Positions 1 through 8,983 of a stretch of DNA of 64,000 nucleotides are shown piece after piece. Source of the DNA: Arenicellales bacterium (GTDB taxonomy: Bacteria; Pseudomonadota; Gammaproteobacteria; Arenicellales; JAJDZL01); the NCBI GenBank assembly GCA_965219265.1, contig OZ244730.1, forward strand, positions 2,551,120 to 2,615,119, in the 5' to 3' direction. A model generated the notes under the pieces. The model made no database searches. It was not told the DNA's origin and saw nothing but the letters and a program-made list of their open reading frames with translations. A program made the translations under genes and the position numbers. The first letter of the stretch is position 1. Each line of letters starts with the position of its first letter.

Positions 1-225
1 GAGAAATTACTCGTTCAGTTTGGAATTCAAAATTTGAAGCAAAAATAACTATTTGATTGATTCTTACTCTGGTTCGTTCATTGTAAAACGACAATCCAAA
101 TGCGAAAACCATTTGTTTTCAGCTTGGTGATGCAGCTTAGGTAATAGCGGAATGCTTTCTCCTCCAACTTATCTACGATATGGAATTGAAGCACCTTTCT
201 GACAGCCAAACCCTCGAGAATTGAG

Positions 226-1974
226 TTAATGAATTTTCAAGTCAGTCAACCGAGCATATAGATTCGGTAATAGGTCTGGCAATGAGTGTAGGTGCGAAAA
301 TACAGCATAGTGCCCGCTACCAAACAGATGGTTCAAATAGCGTGGACCTTGCTGATCAATAGTCAGGCCAAAGCACTCTACGTTCCTTGCTCTTTGCTCC
401 ATGAGCGCCTTTCGCGTATCTTCAAGTGCATACCTGCCTTCATAGCGGTCCGTCGGGTCATGTGGTTTTCCGTCACTCAAAATCAAAAGCAATTTCTGTC
501 TCGAACTGCGTCCATGCAGCTTCGCCCCTAAATGCCGAACTACAGGCCCCAAACGAGTGTAATTTTGCGGTTTGACTTCCAACAAGCTTCGCAGCACCGC
601 GTCGTCATAAGACTGCTCAAAAGTCTTAATTCGATCGCATCGAACCCGAATTCGGCTGTCGCTCGAAAAACTGTACAGAGCAAACTCGTCCCCAGTTGCG
701 TTCAGAACCTCGGCCAATACTGCCAGTGATTGCTTGGCGATGTCGATCACTCGAAATTTGTCGACCCACGCTTCCGTTGAACGGGAGGCATCCATCAACA
801 CGATGACCGACATGTCCCTGTATTGCTGAACTTTTTCACGATAGAATCCAGAATCCTGCAGACCGCATCCCCTGCGGTCTCCGACCGAAGTGACAAACGC
901 GTCTATGTCCAAGTCTTCACCATCTTCAAGATAGCGACTCCATTGAGGTTCCTGACGAAGTAGTTGAAATCGGCGCTGTACGCGATGAACCAGTTCGGAG
1001 AACTGTGCATCAAGCTCGATGCGATACCCTCCTTTGGGCTTTTGTTCAGTCAAGCGACACCAGTTATTCATATAAGAATGTGTAAAGCAGTTCCATTCCG
1101 GATATGTGAACTGATCGGGTATTACCGGCAGGTTTTCTTTCTGCACCGGCAGGAATTCCGGATCAAATTTTGCTTTCGCTACAGATCGTAATGGATCGCT
1201 CTCTTGATGTTTTCTAGTGCTTCGAAACCAAGGCAGACGCAGCTTGGAAATGGGTGCCGTTCTGTATGACCATATTGGAACCGGCAAAAAAGGCACAGTT
1301 CTTCCAAGCCATTCGGGAGCTGGAGTTACTCTTTCACCTTTCCTGGCCTGTTCGATCATTTCGTTGAGAGAATCATCCCGGCAAGGAGACCCGCTTCCAA
1401 TTGCAGCTCGAATTGCAGATTCCAGCGCCAGTGAGCGATTTCGGGCATTCGATTCCGGATCAGGATAGGCAGTGCGACGTTGTGCCAGTTCTTGTGCGCA
1501 TAGTCGTTCGTATCGGGGTTTCAGTGCGGGAAACGACTCAATCAGGCGGGTCGTGGTTGAAATTCCCTGCAGTAGATGTCGAACTCCGGGTGGCAACTTT
1601 TCAATTCCCGGACAGGGTTCGTCAACAGCAAGAAATGCCGCAAGCCAATAATAGAGTTCGCGGTTTAGTTCACGCGTGGGAAAACGATTGATTCGTCGAG
1701 GAAGATGCAAAATACCCGGTTCCGACCAAGCCTGTAGATCAATTCCTCCGTGCGTTGAAATACGAGTTGAACTGTCTGTATGCGCGTCGTCTTTGACTTT
1801 TCGGTCCAGCTTGCCGCCCATGGCATGGTAGTACAAATCAAGACCACGCCACAGATCTTTGCCGACTACGGCAGACTGCGCATGACGCAATCTGCCGGCC
1901 AAGCCGAACAGCAAACCGTACCAAATTACAGCAACGCCTTCTAGAACGTAGTTATTGTTCCGCGAAAAAGACAT
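226..1974 (-). CDS. norD: NorD/CbbO-type VWA-domain activation protein
   Basis: C-terminal VWA domain with MIDAS DASRS, NYTRLGPVVRH and LSDGKPHD; NorD-like motifs FPTRELNRELYYWLAA, PFLPVPIW and YPEWN; overlaps the upstream norQ. Confidence 0.8.
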   Translation of the reverse strand: MSFSRNNNYVLEGVAVIWYGLLFGLAGRLRHAQSAVVGKDLWRGLDLYYHAMGGKLDRKVKDDAHTDSSTRISTHGGIDLQAWSEPGILHLPRRINRFPTRELNRELYYWLAAFLAVDEPCPGIEKLPPGVRHLLQGISTTTRLIESFPALKPRYERLCAQELAQRRTAYPDPESNARNRSLALESAIRAAIGSGSPCRDDSLNEMIEQARKGERVTPAPEWLGRTVPFLPVPIWSYRTAPISKLRLPWFRSTRKHQESDPLRSVAKAKFDPEFLPVQKENLPVIPDQFTYPEWNCFTHSYMNNWCRLTEQKPKGGYRIELDAQFSELVHRVQRRFQLLRQEPQWSRYLEDGEDLDIDAFVTSVGDRRGCGLQDSGFYREKVQQYRDMSVIVLMDASRSTEAWVDKFRVIDIAKQSLAVLAEVLNATGDEFALYSFSSDSRIRVRCDRIKTFEQSYDDAVLRSLLEVKPQNYTRLGPVVRHLGAKLHGRSSRQKLLLILSDGKPHDPTDRYEGRYALEDTRKALMEQRARNVECFGLTIDQQGPRYLNHLFGSGHYAVFSHLHSLPDLLPNLYARLTDLKIH

Positions 1975-2743
1975 TTACAATTTCCAGCAAACCATCTCGG
2001 ATGATAAGGTCGTCGGTAAGCGAGTCAATTAATGCCGCTTCACAAGCTTGTCTCGGACTGAGTCCGTCATCAATCATGTGCGCTGCATGGACGAGCAAAC
2101 GTGTCGAAGCGGTTTCCTCAATGTCATGTCCCTCTACCTCTCTTAGACGTCTGCCCAACTCAACCAGCCGTTTGGCAACATCTGCACCGACACCTGATTC
2201 GGTAGTCACAATTTCAATTTCCTGATCCGGTTCGGGAAAATTGAAAGTCAGCGATACAAAACGTTGACGTGTGCTCTGCTTGAGGTTTTTGAACAGGTTC
2301 TGATAACCTGGATTGAAGGAAACAATCAGCATGAATTCCGGAGGCGCTTTGAGAATTTCGCCTGTTTTATCCAGATACAGCGTTCGACGGTCATCACACA
2401 GGGGATGCAGAATAACTGTCGTGTCCTTGCGCGCTTCTACAACTTCATCCAGATAACAGATGCCTCCTTCTCGAACCGCTCGTGTCAGAGGACCGTCTTG
2501 CCAGACAGTTTGATCATCCTTGATCAAGTAACGTCCCAGCAGATCAGTCGCTGACAGTTCGTCGTGACATGCGACTGTAAAGAGTTCTCGATTCAGTTGC
2601 GCCGCCATGTGTCTGACAAATCTGGTTTTTCCGCAACCTGTCGGGCCTTTCAGCAATACCGCCAAATTACGTCGGTAAGCGGATTGAAAAATCTCAACCT
2701 CACTGCCTTGTGGTAGGTAAAACGGAAGTGTCAATTTATTCAT
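1952..2743 (-). CDS. norQ: CbbQ/NirQ/NorQ MoxR-family AAA+ ATPase
   Basis: Walker A GPTGCGKT, ICYLDEVVEARKD, HPLCDDRR, NPGYQ, STRQRF and STRLLV. The family call is strong; norQ versus cbbQ/nirQ is less certain. Confidence 0.85.
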   Translation of the reverse strand: MNKLTLPFYLPQGSEVEIFQSAYRRNLAVLLKGPTGCGKTRFVRHMAAQLNRELFTVACHDELSATDLLGRYLIKDDQTVWQDGPLTRAVREGGICYLDEVVEARKDTTVILHPLCDDRRTLYLDKTGEILKAPPEFMLIVSFNPGYQNLFKNLKQSTRQRFVSLTFNFPEPDQEIEIVTTESGVGADVAKRLVELGRRLREVEGHDIEETASTRLLVHAAHMIDDGLSPRQACEAALIDSLTDDLIIRDGLLEIVNVFFAEQ

Positions 2744-2841
2744 TTCCAGTCACGCAGGAAAGTATGTGTAGTACAGTCTGTCATTGATATACTCCAACTA
2801 CAAACATTTTCGCTTCTTTCACCAGAATATTCTACAGTTCA

Positions 2842-3579
2842 ATGTTGCGTCTGTTGTACCGTTTGATCGTTCAGCGGGTAAAAGAATATCAGTTAAAGAA
2901 AAGCACGCTCAAGCAGAATTCATCCAGCACAAAGCAGACTTTCACAAAGTCGGTCAAACTTCGCTGGATATTCGCTTTAGGGATAGTGCTGGTTGCATTG
3001 GCATCACTTGTCCTCTATCGTTTTCAGTTCGGTCTGCCGCTCCTCAGCTCAGACCCGAATCAAGCACAACTGGAAATTCGAGTCGATTCAGTCGCCAATG
3101 CGCCAACTGTGGTGTTTCTGGAGCGAACTCCGCCCCCGCTTACCCCTGTTCCGGAAAATTCAAATGTCAGCCAGATTACCATTCAGAACAGTCAGTTCAC
3201 TCCTGCCTTTCAACTCATTACAGCCGGCAGCACCATAGAAATCGTCAACAACGATCCAATATTGCATAATACCCATATCATTGACGGAGATGATACCGTT
3301 TTCAATGTCGCAACGCCCCTCAAGAGCATCACAGTGCGCAAGACGCTGACTGCAACCGGAATGCTCTTTGTGCGTTGCGATTTGCATCCCTTCATGCACG
3401 GCCGGATTTTCGTGCCTCCGAATCCCTACTATGCCGTCGTTCATGACCCCGGGACGGTTGTCTGGTATGACATCACGCCAGGCACTTACCTCCTTCAAAA
3501 ATGGGAGGCTGGAAAATTTACCGGAAGCCTGCAGATTCATCTGTCTCCAGGAGAAGAAAAAGTCATAATTCAACTGTAA
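2842..3579 (+). CDS. Membrane-anchored cupredoxin-like protein (start uncertain)
   Basis: One TM segment (WIFALGIVLVALASLVLY), FTP..QLI..GSTIEIVNNDPILHNTH, and C-D-L-H-P-F-M, a type-1 copper-like ligand set. Confidence 0.65.
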   Translation: MLRLLYRLIVQRVKEYQLKKSTLKQNSSSTKQTFTKSVKLRWIFALGIVLVALASLVLYRFQFGLPLLSSDPNQAQLEIRVDSVANAPTVVFLERTPPPLTPVPENSNVSQITIQNSQFTPAFQLITAGSTIEIVNNDPILHNTHIIDGDDTVFNVATPLKSITVRKTLTATGMLFVRCDLHPFMHGRIFVPPNPYYAVVHDPGTVVWYDITPGTYLLQKWEAGKFTGSLQIHLSPGEEKVIIQL

Positions 3580-3617
3580 GTTCTGCCGACTTCCATGTTG
3601 GCCTGACTGAGATTGAT

Positions 3618-4379
3618 CTACACGATGAACCGGGACACGATCATCACTCCGCTGAACAGCAAAACGATCGCGACTACCCGCTGCATGGCAACTGCGGATA
3701 TCCTATGGGCGATCGCCGCTCCAATCAATACACCTGAGGCCAATCCAATCCCAATTGGCACAGCCAGCATCCAGTCGACAGTACCGTGCAGAACATGGCC
3801 GAGCGTGGCAAACGGCGTGATCGGAATCTGTATCGCTATACCCAGTGCCACTGCAGCCATAACCGGATAGTTCAGCAACAACAGTGAGGGCACGAGCAAC
3901 AACGGTCCTCCGGTTCCACTGACCGAGGATCCATATCCAACGAACAGTCCCAATGCGATCAGCGCCAAATTTGGAACACCGTCCAAACCGGTACCGGTTT
4001 TGGTTGCAGATGCCTGTCTCAGAGAGCGAATGCCAGAAATAAAAACAAGGATGACGACGATGATTTCAAGAACGAATGATGAAAGTGCCAAAACCGTGAT
4101 TGATCCTAGATAAGCACCGGGGGCTGCACCAATGGCTAGATAAATCGCTTTGTCCCATCGAATTGATCCTCTGCGGGCATAAGAGTAGACTGAGAAAATA
4201 GCACTGAAGGAAATTGCCGCTATACAGGCTGGAATTACCGTGTGAATTTCAATGCCGACGATATAGACCAGGAACGGAATGATCAGGATACCGCCGACTC
4301 CGCAGATTCCGATCAATATACCGACAAAAAAGCAGAAGCCGATAACACCGCTCAGGGACAGAGCGGTCGAATTGATCAT
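3618..4379 (-). CDS. Sulfite exporter TauE/SafE family membrane protein, copy A
   Basis: GICGVGGILIIP and GSSVSGTGG motifs, fully hydrophobic; start taken at ATG 4379 by alignment with copy B. Confidence 0.85.
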   Translation of the reverse strand: MINSTALSLSGVIGFCFFVGILIGICGVGGILIIPFLVYIVGIEIHTVIPACIAAISFSAIFSVYSYARRGSIRWDKAIYLAIGAAPGAYLGSITVLALSSFVLEIIVVILVFISGIRSLRQASATKTGTGLDGVPNLALIALGLFVGYGSSVSGTGGPLLLVPSLLLLNYPVMAAVALGIAIQIPITPFATLGHVLHGTVDWMLAVPIGIGLASGVLIGAAIAHRISAVAMQRVVAIVLLFSGVMIVSRFIV

Positions 4380-4441
4380 GTTCAACTCAGGAAATCAAGA
4401 ATGATTCCGGCTTACGAAACTTTCGCGTAACCGATGAAATG

Positions 4442-4489
4442 CTATACGGAGAACGATGAACCGCAAACACAGGTTGTGGATGCATTGGA
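4442..4489 (-). pseudogene. erpA: Orphan duplicate of the last 15 codons plus stop of erpA
   Basis: The minus strand reads SNASTTCVCGSSFSV* versus [15 protein letters not shown] in intact erpA. Confidence 0.85.
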
Positions 4490-4494
4490 TTAAT

Positions 4495-5256
4495 CTACAC
4501 GATGAACAGAGACACAATCATTACTCCACTGATCAGCAAAGCGATTGCGACTGCCCGCTGCATGACAACTGCGGATATGCTGTGGGCGATCACCGCTCCA
4601 ATCAATACACCTGAAGCCACTCCAACCCCAATTGGAACAGCCAGCATCCAATCGACACTGCCGTGCAGAACATGGCCGAGCGTGGCGAACGGCGCGATCA
4701 GAATCTGCATCGCCATACTCAGTCCCACTGCAACCAAAACCGGATAGTTCAGCAACAACAGTGAGGGCACGAGCAACAGCGCTCCCCCGGTTCCACTGAC
4801 CGAGGATCCATATCCAACGAACAGCCCCAATGCGATCAGCGCCAAATTGGAAACACGGTCCAAACCGGTACCGTTTTTAATTGCAGATGTCTGTTTCAGA
4901 GAGCGAATGCCAGAAACGAAAACAAGGATAACGACAATGATTTCAAGAACGAATGATGAAAGGGCCAATACCGTGATTGATCCTAGATAGGCACCGGGTG
5001 CCGCCCCAATGGCTAGATAAATCGCTTTGTCCCATCGAATTGACCCTCTGCGGGCATAAGAGTAGACCGCGAAAATGGCACTGAAGGAAAATCCAGCCAT
5101 ACAGGCTGGAATTACCGTGTGAATTTCAATGCCAACGATATAGACTAGGAACGGAATGATCAGAATACCGCCGACTCCGCAGATTCCCATCAATACACCG
5201 ACAAAAAAGCAGAAGCCGATAACACCGCTCAGGAACAGAGCGGTCGAATTGATCAT
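4495..5256 (-). CDS. Sulfite exporter TauE/SafE family membrane protein, copy B
   Basis: Same motifs as copy A; a close paralogue. Confidence 0.85.
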   Translation of the reverse strand: MINSTALFLSGVIGFCFFVGVLMGICGVGGILIIPFLVYIVGIEIHTVIPACMAGFSFSAIFAVYSYARRGSIRWDKAIYLAIGAAPGAYLGSITVLALSSFVLEIIVVILVFVSGIRSLKQTSAIKNGTGLDRVSNLALIALGLFVGYGSSVSGTGGALLLVPSLLLLNYPVLVAVGLSMAMQILIAPFATLGHVLHGSVDWMLAVPIGVGVASGVLIGAVIAHSISAVVMQRAVAIALLISGVMIVSLFIV

Positions 5257-5318
5257 GTTCGACTCAGGAAATCAAGAATCATTCCGACTTGCGGAGCTTC
5301 CTCATAGCCGACGAGACA

Positions 5319-5648
5319 CTAAACGGAGAACGATGAGCCGCAACCACAGGTTGTGGACGCATTGGGGTTGTGTATTAAGAATCTCGCACCCATTAAATCG
5401 TCCAGATAATCGACTTCAGCTCCCATCAGGTACTGGATGCTGAGTGAATCAATAAGCAATGTAATTCCGTTCTGCTCAATTACGAAATCGTCATCCTGTT
5501 GTTCGGAATCCAGTTGAAATCCATATTGAAATCCTGAACAGCCACCACCTTCCACATAGACGCGCAGACCGATGTCTGAACCCGACATCAGTTGGCTGAC
5601 GCGTTGGGCAGCACTCTGGGAAATACCTAGATATGAAGAATCTTCCAT
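5319..5648 (-). CDS. erpA: Iron-sulfur cluster insertion protein ErpA
   Basis: [17 protein letters not shown] and [14 protein letters not shown]. Confidence 0.92.
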   Translation of the reverse strand: MEDSSYLGISQSAAQRVSQLMSGSDIGLRVYVEGGGCSGFQYGFQLDSEQQDDDFVIEQNGITLLIDSLSIQYLMGAEVDYLDDLMGARFLIHNPNASTTCGCGSSFSV

Positions 5649-5762
5649 TGGGTCTCGTATGCACTTTTACAAAAAACTTAGTGTCGTTTACACAGTGCTC
5701 AACATTATAATCACAATTTGCACTTCGGAATACACTTTTATTATCAATCAAGTATCATCTCA

Positions 5763-6725
5763 GTGAATGCATCATCTGACCCGCATAAAGCACTTTCGGT
5801 AGTCGGGCTCTCAAAAACATATAAAAACAGCAGAGAAGCCTTGAAGAATGTCACTTTTGACGTTGACGAGGGTGATTTCTATGCTTTGCTCGGACGAAAT
5901 GGGGCCGGCAAATCAACGACGATTGGCATCACCTGTTCGCTCGTGACCAAATCTGCCGGCAAAGTATATGTTTTTGGAATCGATATTGACAAGGAGTTTG
6001 GGCGAGCAAAGTCACACATCGGGCTAGTTCCACAGGAATTGAATTTCAATCAGTTTGAAACGCCTTGGAATATCGTAATCAATCACGCAGGCTACTACGG
6101 TGTCCGACGTTCCGTTGCGCAACAGCAGGCGGAGAAGTATCTTTCAATACTCGGTCTATGGGAGCATCGAAATAACATGTCACGACGATTGTCCGGAGGT
6201 ATGAAACGCAGGTTGATGGTCGCACGGGCGTTGATGCACGAGCCCAGGTTACTAATATTGGACGAACCAACAGCCGGTATTGATTTTGAAACGCGGCTTT
6301 CCATGTGGGAGTTCATGGAGCAGCTCAACCGGCAGGGCATTACCATAATTCTGACCACGCACTACCTTGAGGAAGCAGAAAAGCTCTGCAGAAACGTCGG
6401 CGTAATCGAACTTGGAGAGCTGATTCTGGACATAGACATGAAGTCTCTGTTTACACATTTGCGACAGGAGACTTATGTTCTGGAATTGGAGAGGCCGATC
6501 AATGATGTTCCACAAAAATTCGATCACACCCTGCGTCTGATCAACGATTCCACCATTGAAATCGATATTCCACGCGGCAGCAACATCAATGCCGTGTTTG
6601 ATCAGTTGACGCAACTCGGCATATGCACGACCAGCATTCGTAACAAATCCAATCGACTCGAAACACTGTTTATCGAGTTACTAAAAATCGAAGCAGCCTC
6701 CATGGAATCCATAAATTCTTCATGA
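5763..6725 (+). CDS. ABC transporter ATP-binding protein (YadG-like)
   Basis: Walker A GRNGAGKS, signature LSGGMKRR, LILDEP; probable GTG start at 5763. Confidence 0.9.
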   Translation: MNASSDPHKALSVVGLSKTYKNSREALKNVTFDVDEGDFYALLGRNGAGKSTTIGITCSLVTKSAGKVYVFGIDIDKEFGRAKSHIGLVPQELNFNQFETPWNIVINHAGYYGVRRSVAQQQAEKYLSILGLWEHRNNMSRRLSGGMKRRLMVARALMHEPRLLILDEPTAGIDFETRLSMWEFMEQLNRQGITIILTTHYLEEAEKLCRNVGVIELGELILDIDMKSLFTHLRQETYVLELERPINDVPQKFDHTLRLINDSTIEIDIPRGSNINAVFDQLTQLGICTTSIRNKSNRLETLFIELLKIEAASMESINSS

Positions 6726-7498
6726 ACAGCGTCGAATACATTTCTGTCGCACTCTACACGCTGATGCGCAAAGAAGTCACTAGGTTCATTCGGATATGGA
6801 CACAGACGCTGATACCGCCGGTTATCACGACTTGTCTGTATTTCCTGATTTTCGGCAATCTGATTGGCCCAAGAATCGGGCCTATGCAAGGACACACTTA
6901 TATTGATTTCATCGTTCCGGGGCTGGTAATGATGTCGATAATCACTGGAGCCTATACCAACGTAGCATCATCATTTTTTTCTTCGAAGTTTCAGCGCTTC
7001 ATTGAAGAGATCATGGTGTCCCCAGTGCCGAATTACGTAATCCTGATCGGATATATGACTGGCGGGATTTGCAGAGGAATTGTAGTGGGGGGTATCGTTC
7101 TTGTGGTTTCCTCTTTATTTGCCAACGTCAGTATCGTGTCGCCCGTGATCACAATTGCCATTTTCATACTGACTGCTTTGGTCTTTTCGCTGGGCGGAAT
7201 GCTGAATGGAATTTTTGCCCGCAAATTTGATGATGTATCCATCATTCCCAATTTCGTGCTCACTCCACTGATCTATCTAGGCGGCGTATTCTATTCCGTA
7301 CAGATGCTTCCACAATTCTGGCAAACCGTGTCGCTCGCCAACCCGTTACTTTATGTCATCAATGTCGCTCGATATGCATTTTTAGGATCAAGCGACGTAG
7401 GGATCTGGGTATCATTTACGGTGATCGGCATTTCCATCGCAATTCTGTTCACGATTTGCATGGTGCTGCTGGAACGCGGCTACGGAATGCGCGATTAG
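6722..7498 (+). CDS. ABC-2 type permease (YadH-like)
   Basis: KEVTRFIRIWTQTLIPP and FIVPGLVMM; ATGA overlap with the ATPase gene. Confidence 0.9.
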   Translation: MNSVEYISVALYTLMRKEVTRFIRIWTQTLIPPVITTCLYFLIFGNLIGPRIGPMQGHTYIDFIVPGLVMMSIITGAYTNVASSFFSSKFQRFIEEIMVSPVPNYVILIGYMTGGICRGIVVGGIVLVVSSLFANVSIVSPVITIAIFILTALVFSLGGMLNGIFARKFDDVSIIPNFVLTPLIYLGGVFYSVQMLPQFWQTVSLANPLLYVINVARYAFLGSSDVGIWVSFTVIGISIAILFTICMVLLERGYGMRD

Positions 7499-7519
7499 CA
7501 TACCGCTGTTCAGTATGCT
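7497..7519. terminator. Possible hairpin between convergent permease and tRNA
   Basis: AGCATAC-N9-GTATGCT inverted repeat; no clear U tract. Confidence 0.3.
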
Positions 7520-7535
7520 GACAAGAGCAAAGGAT

Positions 7536-7609
7536 TGGCTGGGGAACCAGGATTCGAACCTGGATTGACGGAGTCAGAGTCCGTTGTCCTGCCGTTAGAC
7601 GATTCCCCA
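7536..7609 (-). tRNA. tRNA-Gln (anticodon CTG), CCA encoded
   Basis: Reverse complement TGGGGAATCGTCTAACGGCAGGACAACGGACTCTGACTCCGTCAATCCAGGTTCGAATCCTGGTTCCCCAGCCA folds as a cloverleaf with T-loop GGTTCGAATCC; it lies downstream of rpsI. Confidence 0.95.
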
Positions 7610-7659
7610 GTTTTTAGAATTCTGATCTTTCAACCGGGTGAAAACACAATAGAACGGTT

Positions 7660-8058
7660 TTATCGTTTGGAGTATTGAGGCCTTTTTCTCGCCTTGTGTA
7701 GACCTACTTTCTTTCTTTCCACTTCCCGTGCGTCGCGGGTGAGAAATCCCCCTTTACGAAGCGCAGCACGATTCGATTCATCATAGTGTAGCAGTGCACG
7801 AGCAATGCCCAGCTGAATGGCACCTGCCTGTCCGCTCTGCCCGCCGCCTGTAACGTTCGCTCGAACATCAATGGAATTCAGCATGTCGAGCTGAGCCAGA
7901 GGTTGGCGGATGACCATGCGTGCGGTTTCACGACCAAAATACTCCTCAATCGGCCGATCGTTCGCAATGATGCTCCCTTTGCCTTTGGTCAAATAAACAC
8001 GGGCCGTTGAAGATTTCCTTCGACCCGTTCCGTAATACACTTCACTGGATACTGCCAT
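7660..8058 (-). CDS. rpsI: 30S ribosomal protein S9
   Basis: [19 protein letters not shown] and [20 protein letters not shown]. Confidence 0.98.
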   Translation of the reverse strand: MAVSSEVYYGTGRRKSSTARVYLTKGKGSIIANDRPIEEYFGRETARMVIRQPLAQLDMLNSIDVRANVTGGGQSGQAGAIQLGIARALLHYDESNRAALRKGGFLTRDAREVERKKVGLHKARKRPQYSKR

Positions 8059-8068
8059 TATGAATTCT

Positions 8069-8497
8069 CTAGAAATTTAGGGGTTTTGGAGATTGAGCCT
8101 CATGAGGCTGATTCGCTCCGGCATAAACTTTCAGTTTTGACATCATTGCACGTCCAAGCGGTCCTTTCGGCATCATGCCTTGCACGGCTTTTTCAATGAT
8201 TCGGGTTGGATGAGTCTCTCGCATGGTGCTGACCGACACCGTCTTCAATCCGCCTGGACGCCCGGAGTGCCGATGGTATACCTTGGCGTTTTCTTTATTG
8301 CCAGTCAGAACAACCTTCTCAGCATTGATGATCACCACATAGTCGCCGGTATCTACATGTGGTGTATAAATTGGCTTGTGCTTTCCTCGAAGGCGTATTG
8401 CAACCTCCGATGCCAAACGACCCAGAACCTTATCAGACGCATCGACGAGCAACCACTCGCGATTTACATCTTTGGCTTTTGCTGAAATTGTATTCAT
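8069..8497 (-). CDS. rplM: 50S ribosomal protein L13
   Basis: [28 protein letters not shown]; ATG at 8497 gives 142 aa. Confidence 0.97.
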   Translation of the reverse strand: MNTISAKAKDVNREWLLVDASDKVLGRLASEVAIRLRGKHKPIYTPHVDTGDYVVIINAEKVVLTGNKENAKVYHRHSGRPGGLKTVSVSTMRETHPTRIIEKAVQGMMPKGPLGRAMMSKLKVYAGANQPHEAQSPKPLNF

Positions 8498-8983
8498 GTT
8501 CCATCCGGATAAAATAATTCTTTTGTGCCACCTGCTTCCGCACGTTTTAGCAAAAGCGGAAATTATATAATTTAATTGCAGAAACTGCACCGTAGATACA
8601 GCAAAAATTGCTGCAATATTAATTTGATGCAGATAAGGAAAACATCGCAATGTCCAGTTTAACACACTGCGTAGAACCAACAGAACAACAGGTATCAGTT
8701 TCCATTGTTCCATGTTAGACCGCAAATTCTACTGGATTTCACAGAATTTCGCAACATAGTTCATTGCGATTGCGCGTAACCAATGGGTTTCATTCAATTC
8801 ACCCGTGTCGTCCGCAGTGTAGCAATTCAACTCACCAGAAGCATCCAGTTTTGATTTCGAAATTATTCTCGCAGCGGCATTTGCGGCCAATCGCACTAGC
8901 AGCTTTGCTTTCCACACCACTCAGAGCCGAGTTAGCACGGTGACAACTGTCCGAACGGAACTGCAGTCGAAAAGAATCTAATA

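Larger units (their letters stand above)
3618..5366. repeat. 877 bp-period diverged tandem duplication (tauE + leader + erpA 3' end)
   Basis: Stops 3618/4495, starts 4379/5256 and erpA-stop positions 4442/5319 are all exactly 877 bp apart, with high visible identity. Confidence 0.9.

Noticed and set aside
2784-2797. FNR/DNR box upstream of norQ (TTGAT-ATAC-TCCAA)
   Set aside because: The second half-site has two mismatches; too weak to call.
7536-7609. tRNA-Gln as an island integration site
   Set aside because: No integrase and no duplicated tRNA 3' end seen; the flanking genes look like core genes.
8498-8725. 76 aa N-terminal extension of RplM in the ORF track
   Set aside because: ATG 8497 gives the canonical length; the extension is AT-rich and promoter-like.
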